From NCBI RefSeq assembly GCF_038871235.1, contig NZ_JAVZIN010000005.1:32001-96000 (forward strand): a stretch of DNA of 64,000 nucleotides. Direction: 5' to 3'. This DNA comes from Candidatus Hadarchaeum sp. GTDB lineage: Archaea > Hadarchaeota > Hadarchaeia > Hadarchaeales > Hadarchaeaceae. Within the stretch, counting starts at the first letter, position 1. Each line of letters opens with the position of its first letter. Positions 57,669-64,000 of this stretch are shown piece by piece. The notes below the pieces were generated by a model that made no database searches, was not told where the DNA came from, and was given only the letters and a program-made list of their open reading frames with translations. The position numbers and the translations under genes are program-made.

Positions 57669-59468
57669 TTGGAAGCTGGTGGGAAGATAAACTCAAAGAT
57701 GATTTTACCGCTCGTGATCGTGATTATCATTGCAGTTGGAAGTATTGGCTTCTTTTTGATATCCGGTGGTGTTCCAACATCGCCACCCCAAACCACCTCC
57801 GCGACGACGACACCCACTTTGACGAGAAATCCCCGGGCTAATGTCACGGGCTACGTTCGCGACGAAGCCGGCAACCCAATATCTGGGGCCACCGTTCACT
57901 TAGGCGGCATGGCAGGGCTGCTGACGACCACCGACGCCACTGGCTATTATGAATTTGAGGTGGCTAGGGAGGAAAGGGACTTCGAAATCATAGTCGAGAA
58001 AGAGGGCTACAATACCGAAATCGATACTATTCATGTAAGCATAAATTCCGTCCAGAAGGATTTCATCCTAACCAGAGCGGGAAGAGAGCCCGTCACCGTA
58101 AAGTTCACCCTGACCGTTCCCTACGACCAAGCCGAAAGCGAATTTTCCATAAAAGTTGATGGCGATGGTCCTTTCCCAATGCAGCGGGTGAATGAGGTGA
58201 CTTGGGCCTACCTGAAAAACGCGACCTCAGGGGATTCCCTTAGCTACAGCTACTTGAAAAATGGAAGTCCGACCGGGGTCGGTGGCTCAATTACTGTGGT
58301 TAAGAGCAAGAGAACCTACGAAAGCCGCAACATGCCCGATTGGCCCAACGCCGAGGAGATGAACTACCAAAAGGTCTTCGATTTCATCCCCTACATAAAC
58401 AACGGGCTTGCCCCTGACTTGGAATTAGGTCAGGGTTTCTTTGACTTGTGGGGTATTAACTACAACAAGATCGGGTTTGAGAACACCTCGGACGCCGCAG
58501 GACCATCGATGGAAAGGATGAAGAAGAAGATGAGCGTGTCGTGGGTGTTGCTTACGGACTTCGTTGAGTACACGGCCTTAGATCCACTTCCCGAGATAAG
58601 ATTCATGGGTACTGGACTCAGACCAGTCAACACGATTACCCAAGAGGAGATGAACAGGTTCGTACAAAAGGCTCACTCGCTGGGCATGAAAGTAATCGTA
58701 AACATCGGCACAGTATGGACTGAAGATGTCGATGTCTCTCTGGCAAACCGGAGCAAGGTGCGCACTAGGGAATGGCTCGATGTGGCCTGGGAAAGGTGGA
58801 CCGATTTGATGGTGGAGGAAGCAGAGAAATGTCAAGCGGCTGGAGTCGATGCACTTCAGGTCAGACCCAGAGGGGATATGTGGAACGAGGGGGATGACTT
58901 TGCTTACACCTCGGAAAAAATCCGTGAATTGGTTGACAAGGTGAGGCTGGTCTATAATGGAGAGGTAACCATTGGTCTGATCGATATACTAGATGTCAAC
59001 GAACCCTCATCGCTGGAATTTCTGACCATGTGGGACGCGGCTGATTTCATCTACGTCGATCTAACCGGGCTTCACATCACGGACTCTGACCGACCCACTA
59101 TAGCTGAGATGCAGGTTGTCTTTGAGGAAGCCCTTACCAAGCGAATAGAACCAGCCGCAAAAGCCTACGGCAAGAAGGTGATGCTCCATGTCCAGTTTCA
59201 GAGCTATGTTGGGGCCATCAGAATGAAGTGGGTCGAGCCCAGTGATGTTCACCCCGATCTGATCCGTGACTGGCAGCAACAGGCCGATGCCTACGAAGCT
59301 CTGCTCAGGGCTCTGGAAGGAAAGAACTACATCAACTGCCTGATGTCGGTGGGTTATTGGTGGGATGACGCCATGGACCCATTCAACGCCAATAATTCAC
59401 CCAGCATTAGCCACAGCGTTCGCGGCAAGCTAGCCGAGGCCGTCCTCGGCAAGTGGTTCGTCAAATGA
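57669..59468 (+). CDS. Membrane-anchored extracellular protein: Thr linker, carboxypeptidase-regulatory-like domain, GH113-like TIM barrel
   Basis: TM helix; VTGYVRD..GNPISGATV, TDATGYY; AHSLGMKV, KVRLVYNG, QQQADAYEA, WW...RGKLAE. Confidence 0.7.
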   Translation: MEAGGKINSKMILPLVIVIIIAVGSIGFFLISGGVPTSPPQTTSATTTPTLTRNPRANVTGYVRDEAGNPISGATVHLGGMAGLLTTTDATGYYEFEVAREERDFEIIVEKEGYNTEIDTIHVSINSVQKDFILTRAGREPVTVKFTLTVPYDQAESEFSIKVDGDGPFPMQRVNEVTWAYLKNATSGDSLSYSYLKNGSPTGVGGSITVVKSKRTYESRNMPDWPNAEEMNYQKVFDFIPYINNGLAPDLELGQGFFDLWGINYNKIGFENTSDAAGPSMERMKKKMSVSWVLLTDFVEYTALDPLPEIRFMGTGLRPVNTITQEEMNRFVQKAHSLGMKVIVNIGTVWTEDVDVSLANRSKVRTREWLDVAWERWTDLMVEEAEKCQAAGVDALQVRPRGDMWNEGDDFAYTSEKIRELVDKVRLVYNGEVTIGLIDILDVNEPSSLEFLTMWDAADFIYVDLTGLHITDSDRPTIAEMQVVFEEALTKRIEPAAKAYGKKVMLHVQFQSYVGAIRMKWVEPSDVHPDLIRDWQQQADAYEALLRALEGKNYINCLMSVGYWWDDAMDPFNANNSPSISHSVRGKLAEAVLGKWFVK

Positions 59469-59535
59469 AATTTTGAACTCGTTTCTAAAAGTGCAGAATC
59501 TTTTAAAATAAACCTTTTTTGTTCTCATCGACTAC

Positions 59536-60402
59536 TTGAATGTTGATACTACGGAAATTAAACCGGTCACTCTGGCGCTGGGAGCTGCCTTTTTCTGGGC
59601 ACTGGGGCAGGTATTGGGCAAGCTGGTAATGAAGGAATTGGACCCAATAACCTTCAACGCGATTCGCTTTTCTTCAGTGACCTTGGCACTTTTGCCCGCC
59701 TTCCTGCTCATTAGACCAAAAACCGCCAGCATCTGGTCGATAGCAATCGCCATAAATGCCGGGCTGTTTGGCCTCGCGGTTGCCCTCCTGATATTGTTTT
59801 ACTGCATGAAACGTGCCCCGGCGCACAAGGTTATCACCATCGGCAACGCCTCTCCCGTCTGGACCGCCCTGCTCGCTATTTTTCTGATTGGTGAGGAGAT
59901 CAACCCCCTGCTGCCGCTTTCCCTAGCTTTAGTCGTGGGCGGGTCTCTTCTCTTCATGCCAAGGGGGAAGGAGACTAACCAATGGCGCTTCGCGGTACCG
60001 TTATCTATGATCTCGGCTGTTCTCTGGGGACTAGATCTCGTGCTGCGAAAAATGGCAATTAACTCCGGAATGGATGTCCTAGCTTTTATCTGGATTTCAG
60101 TGGTCGCGGCGGCGGTGCTCCTGAACACGGTTGCTGCTATTAAGCGATCTTGGAGAGAACAGAAACTTGGGAAAAATATCCTGGCGCTCACCTTGGCCTC
60201 AACCTTTTTCAGTCATTTGGCCACGTTTCTTTTCATGTTTGCCCTGGAGATGGAGAAAGTCAGTTCCCTGTCTCCTTTTTCATCCGCCGTCATCCCTTTT
60301 GGTTTTCTCCTCAGCGTCTTCATCGTTGGAGAAAAACCGCACCTCAGAGCCGCCATCGGTATGGTAGTTGTCTTTTTTGGAGTAGTTCTGGCCGCGGTCT
60401 GA
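59536..60402 (+). CDS. EamA/DMT family transporter
   Basis: About 10 TM helices; SPVWTALLAIFLIGE, GEKP. Confidence 0.88.
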   Translation: MNVDTTEIKPVTLALGAAFFWALGQVLGKLVMKELDPITFNAIRFSSVTLALLPAFLLIRPKTASIWSIAIAINAGLFGLAVALLILFYCMKRAPAHKVITIGNASPVWTALLAIFLIGEEINPLLPLSLALVVGGSLLFMPRGKETNQWRFAVPLSMISAVLWGLDLVLRKMAINSGMDVLAFIWISVVAAAVLLNTVAAIKRSWREQKLGKNILALTLASTFFSHLATFLFMFALEMEKVSSLSPFSSAVIPFGFLLSVFIVGEKPHLRAAIGMVVVFFGVVLAAV

Positions 60403-60454
60403 GCCGATAATCAGGCGCTTTAAGCTTTGCCGAGTAATGTAAACATGGATCGGG

Positions 60455-61204
60455 ATGCAAAGACGCCTAGTGAGTGAAAAGGAATACCACATCGGCGTCG
60501 GACCGGGGGAGGTGGCCCGTTATGTGCTTCTGCCCGGCGATCCGGCAAGGGCGGAGTTGATAGCGAAGAAGTTCGACGAGGCAAAGGAGATCGCCTACAA
60601 CAGGGAGTTTCGCACCTTCACCGGCAAGGTCGATGGAATGCCCATCAGCGTGACATCGACCGGAATCGGTGGCCCTTCGGCTGCCATCGCCGTTGAAGAG
60701 TTGGCCCGATGTGGAGCTGACACCTTCATCAGGGTAGGCACGGCGGGCGCTCTCGGTAAAAATGTAAAAATAGGGGATGTCGTCATCGCCCACGCCGCTG
60801 TCAGAGAAGAGGGAACCTCGCAACAATATGTACCTCTCAGTTATCCCGCAGTTGCCGACCTTGAGGTGACCAACGCCCTAATTAAATCGGCCAAGAATCT
60901 AGGAATAAGATATCATCTGGGCGTGGTGGTCTCCAAGGACGCCTTTTATGCGGAGGAGCCTGGCCGTGTCCCGCTGTCCAAACAGGCAGAGGAACTCTGG
61001 GGGCTCTGGCGACGGGCCCAGGTGCTGGCGACCGAGATGGAGTGCGCGACCATCTTCACCGTGGCCGGTGTAAACGGCTGGCGCAGCGGTGGAGTGCTGG
61101 CGATAATCGGCCCGGTAGGGAAGATCGTCCGCCCTCTTCCTGCCGTTGAAAATGCGATAAAAGTCGCCATTGGCGCCGTGAAAATCCTAGCAAAAGGTCG
61201 TTAA
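60455..61204 (+). CDS. udp: Uridine/nucleoside phosphorylase (NP-I family)
   Basis: LLPGDPAR, NREF, STGIGGPSAAIAVEEL, IRVGT, EMECA. Confidence 0.88.
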   Translation: MQRRLVSEKEYHIGVGPGEVARYVLLPGDPARAELIAKKFDEAKEIAYNREFRTFTGKVDGMPISVTSTGIGGPSAAIAVEELARCGADTFIRVGTAGALGKNVKIGDVVIAHAAVREEGTSQQYVPLSYPAVADLEVTNALIKSAKNLGIRYHLGVVVSKDAFYAEEPGRVPLSKQAEELWGLWRRAQVLATEMECATIFTVAGVNGWRSGGVLAIIGPVGKIVRPLPAVENAIKVAIGAVKILAKGR

Positions 61205-61222
61205 AAATGGTCCACAAAAGCG

Positions 61223-62893
61223 CTAAATCCTCTTGACCTGTCTCTCAAAAATTCCCCTAACTCTTTGAATAGTATCGGCCTCTATTGGCGACTTATCAGG
61301 ACGTAACCTGATTATCCGGGCAAATCGAAGTGCCATGCCGCTGGGGTACTTGGGGCTGCGCTGAATCTCATTGTAGGCGATCTCGACCACCATCTTCGGC
61401 AGAACCCAGACTCTCCTCCCCTCTTGCCTGATCACGAGCTTCTGCAGTTCTCGGGTCATTTCCTTGATCTCCTCATCGGTTAGCCCTTTGAAGGTCTTCC
61501 CGATTATCTCAAACTTTCCCGTGTTTTCATCCCGCGCGGCCAAGTAGTAGTCCGAGAGCCACCGGTGTCTTCGACCGTAACCAAACTCGGCTCCTACGAT
61601 CACGAGGTCAAGCGGTTCGAGAATCGGTTTTATCTTGAGCCAGAGTTTTCCCCTGACACCGGGAACGTAGGCGCTGCCTGGTTTCTTCGCCATCAAACCC
61701 TCATGTCCTGCTCTTAACGCTCGCTCCAAGAAATCTTTACCGAGGTCGGCTCTGGAAGTCGTCAGCTGCTCGGTCAGTTCGATGTCCCCAACTATGGTTT
61801 TCAGTCTCTCCCGTCGCTCCTCGTAGGAACAATCCACAAGACTTCGGCCGTCGAGGTAGAGTAGGTCAAAAAGCTGGAGCCTGACCGGAATCTCCTTGGC
61901 CACTCGCTCTACCTCCCGCTCCCGCCTGAAGCGCTGCAGCAATGATTGAAAAGGCAACGGCTGGCCATCCTTACCTACCGCGATTACTTCCCCTTCCACA
62001 ATCGCCTCATCGGCACGAAGCTCTTGAAGTACTAGATTTTTTATCTCCGGAAGACTCTCGGTTACATCACTTAAACGACGGCTGAATATCCTGATTTCCC
62101 CTCTTCTTTTGTGTATCTGCACTCGCGCGCCATCGAGCTTGTATTCAAAGTTCGTCGTGCCTCCGTGAGCTTCAATGGCCTCCTCAATTTCATTGCAGAC
62201 TTGGGCCAGCATGGGGCTTATGGGCCGCATGGGTGAGGGACTTATGCTCTTAATTCCCGCCTCACCCGACTTAGCCGCAACCCCGGCGACAACGGCTATA
62301 TCTCCTGCAAACATAACAGCCCTTCTCACCGCTTTAAAGGGAACACCGAAGGCTCGGGCCACCGCCAGTTCCATAAGCCCTTCCTGAAAACCGGTCCTCA
62401 TTTCACCAGTGACGATCTTGACGAGATACTTGGCCTCAAGCGGTTCACAGCGGTTCAGCAACCCCTCGATCAACCTCTCCCTTCTCCTTCTGGCGCCCGG
62501 GCCACTCAGTCTAGCCACCTTTCTCAAAATCTCATGAACTTCCAACAGCAGGAGTGGTCTGATTAAAAAAAGTTGCTGGTGCTTGGTCCTTGCGGTATGA
62601 AAAAGGATGGCCGTGGCGGCACCGACATCTCCTGTCCTGTCAAAGGCTGCGGCCAGCTCTCTTTGGCTGGCTCCAGTAATCCGAAGTACGACCTCGGCCA
62701 GGGTCGCCCAGCTAACGTCCAACCGCCACCGGCTCGTTTTCGGAAAAGGCCGACCGAGCAGCATGCATGAAGCAGGCTCGACTTCTTCAGGCTCCAAGCA
62801 TGCCAAAAAATCAGCCACCATTCTGACCATCTCACTGCGTTTTGTGGTGGAGGCAAGACTCTCACAAACCTCGGCCAGCTCCCGGAACAGCAT
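61223..62893 (-). CDS. lig: ATP-dependent DNA ligase
   Basis: PMLAQ, EYKLDGARVQ, EGEV, FDLL, EGLMAK, WLKIK, LDLVI, LRFAR. Start probably ATG 62893. Confidence 0.96.
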   Translation of the reverse strand: MLFRELAEVCESLASTTKRSEMVRMVADFLACLEPEEVEPASCMLLGRPFPKTSRWRLDVSWATLAEVVLRITGASQRELAAAFDRTGDVGAATAILFHTARTKHQQLFLIRPLLLLEVHEILRKVARLSGPGARRRRERLIEGLLNRCEPLEAKYLVKIVTGEMRTGFQEGLMELAVARAFGVPFKAVRRAVMFAGDIAVVAGVAAKSGEAGIKSISPSPMRPISPMLAQVCNEIEEAIEAHGGTTNFEYKLDGARVQIHKRRGEIRIFSRRLSDVTESLPEIKNLVLQELRADEAIVEGEVIAVGKDGQPLPFQSLLQRFRREREVERVAKEIPVRLQLFDLLYLDGRSLVDCSYEERRERLKTIVGDIELTEQLTTSRADLGKDFLERALRAGHEGLMAKKPGSAYVPGVRGKLWLKIKPILEPLDLVIVGAEFGYGRRHRWLSDYYLAARDENTGKFEIIGKTFKGLTDEEIKEMTRELQKLVIRQEGRRVWVLPKMVVEIAYNEIQRSPKYPSGMALRFARIIRLRPDKSPIEADTIQRVRGIFERQVKRI

Positions 62894-63044
62894 CAACCTA
62901 AACTTTATTGTCTGTGTAAAAAGGCGTTTCAAACAGATTCAACCGATCGAGAACGTGCACCAACTAAAACACTGGGTTATTCTAAAACTGTGAATAAAAA
63001 AAAGATCTTTAGATCCCCTTTAATTACTGTATTTTGGGATAGGG

Positions 63045-63818
63045 TTGAATTTAGAACTTAGAATCGACTTGGCTAAAGGTTACAAAAGTCCTTCCCAACA
63101 GGCTAAAGTATTAACCGAAACTTGGGCAAGTGAAAACCTGTATTGTCTCGCTTGCTCCACGGATAACTTGCAACCCACATCTTCAGGAAAAAAGGTAATC
63201 GATTTTGTCTGCCCTGAATGTGAAGAATCTTACCAACTGAAAAGCCAGAGCCACCCGTTTGGTTACCGGGTAACGAACTCCGCATACGAACCAAAAATTA
63301 AAGCAATTTACGCTGGAACAATTCCAAACTTTCTTTTTTTACATTACAACCCAAAAGCCATGGTTGTTTCTAATCTCTTTGCCGTGCCAAAGCATTTCAT
63401 CTCCGAATCGATTATCGAGAAAAGAAAACCCCTCAGCGAAAAGGCGAGAAGACACGGCTGGATCGGCTCAAACATTCTGCTTGGTAACCTACCGTTAGAC
63501 GCTAGGATTCCAATAATAGAAAATGGGATTGAAATGCCTCAAAAAATTGTTAGGGAAAATTGGAAAAGATTCACCTTTTTAAGGGAGCAGTCGGTTCACT
63601 CCCGTGGATGGCTCTCTGATGTGCTTGCCAGCATAAGACAACTTGACCGAGAAATCTTTACTCTGGCCGACATTTATGAATTCGAGGAAAAGCTAGCAAA
63701 ACTTCATCCAGCTAACAAAAACATTCGACCCAAAATTCGCCAACAATTACAGGTATTGAGGGACCATGGCATAATCGAGTTCCTAGGAAAAGGAAAGTAT
63801 CGAATCAAAAAATCTTAA
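63045..63818 (+). CDS. DpnI/Dam-replacing-family methyl-directed restriction endonuclease with C-terminal winged helix
   Basis: YKSPSQQAKVLTETW, CxxC, DFVCPEC...QLKS, KRKPLS..ARR.GW.G, HP.N.NI..KIRQQLQ.LRD.G.IEF. Confidence 0.9.
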   Translation: MNLELRIDLAKGYKSPSQQAKVLTETWASENLYCLACSTDNLQPTSSGKKVIDFVCPECEESYQLKSQSHPFGYRVTNSAYEPKIKAIYAGTIPNFLFLHYNPKAMVVSNLFAVPKHFISESIIEKRKPLSEKARRHGWIGSNILLGNLPLDARIPIIENGIEMPQKIVRENWKRFTFLREQSVHSRGWLSDVLASIRQLDREIFTLADIYEFEEKLAKLHPANKNIRPKIRQQLQVLRDHGIIEFLGKGKYRIKKS

Positions 63819-63850
63819 ACTTCTTTTTTAATAGATCTCAGTGTGCAAGA

Positions 63851-64000
63851 ATGTTAACCTGTCCTGAATGTGGCTACTCCGCTCTACGAAAATCTGATGG
63901 ACATCTGTGGACGTGTGAAGAGTGTGGAACATTGTTTAATTTTGATAAAATGAGAAATTGTCTGAATGCTCTTGTGGGACAAATCTTTCAAGAAGATTTC
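63851..64000 (+). CDS. Partial Zn-ribbon protein (runs off the window end)
   Basis: Manual translation: MLTCPECGYSALRKSDGHLWTCEECGTLFNFDKMRNCLNALVGQIFQEDF, open to the window end. Confidence 0.55.
   Translation, partial: MLTCPECGYSALRKSDGHLWTCEECGTLFNFDKMRNCLNALVGQIFQEDF

Overview
Gene-dense chromosomal window from an archaeon. Evidence for this: histone, S24e/S27ae, EF-1beta, Nop5/fibrillarin, proteasome beta, PolB, Lhr, Dph6, TATA/BRE promoters and GGTGA/GGAGG RBS. A Hadarchaeota- or Bathyarchaeia-like anaerobe is my inference and is not verified. About 60 CDS and one tRNA-Arg(GCG) are supported; no CRISPR array, rRNA or transposase was seen. Highlights: (1) a two-locus gene set resembling the bacterial anaerobic purine/urate reductive degradation pathway (SsnA-like, hydantoinase/allantoinase-like, PreA/YgfK-like flavoprotein, XdhC, MocA, Moco genes, three-subunit Mo-hydroxylase, unusual carbamoyltransferase); (2) a eukaryote-type topoisomerase IB divergent from a single-OB SSB; (3) an AT-rich islet beside tRNA-Arg with a ParB/Srx-HTH plus HNH gene pair and a structured leader; (4) a U32 gene split by a single extra T at TTT-TAA; (5) several apparent pseudo-enzymes or variants (proteasome beta with Gly1, ACD-alpha without the phospho-His loop, histone lacking AGA/R52, ubiquitin-like protein with masked GG); (6) bacterial-type GAPDH with a duplicated promoter; (7) a DpnI-like nuclease at the right edge. 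All product calls come from motif recognition by eye; no searches were run.
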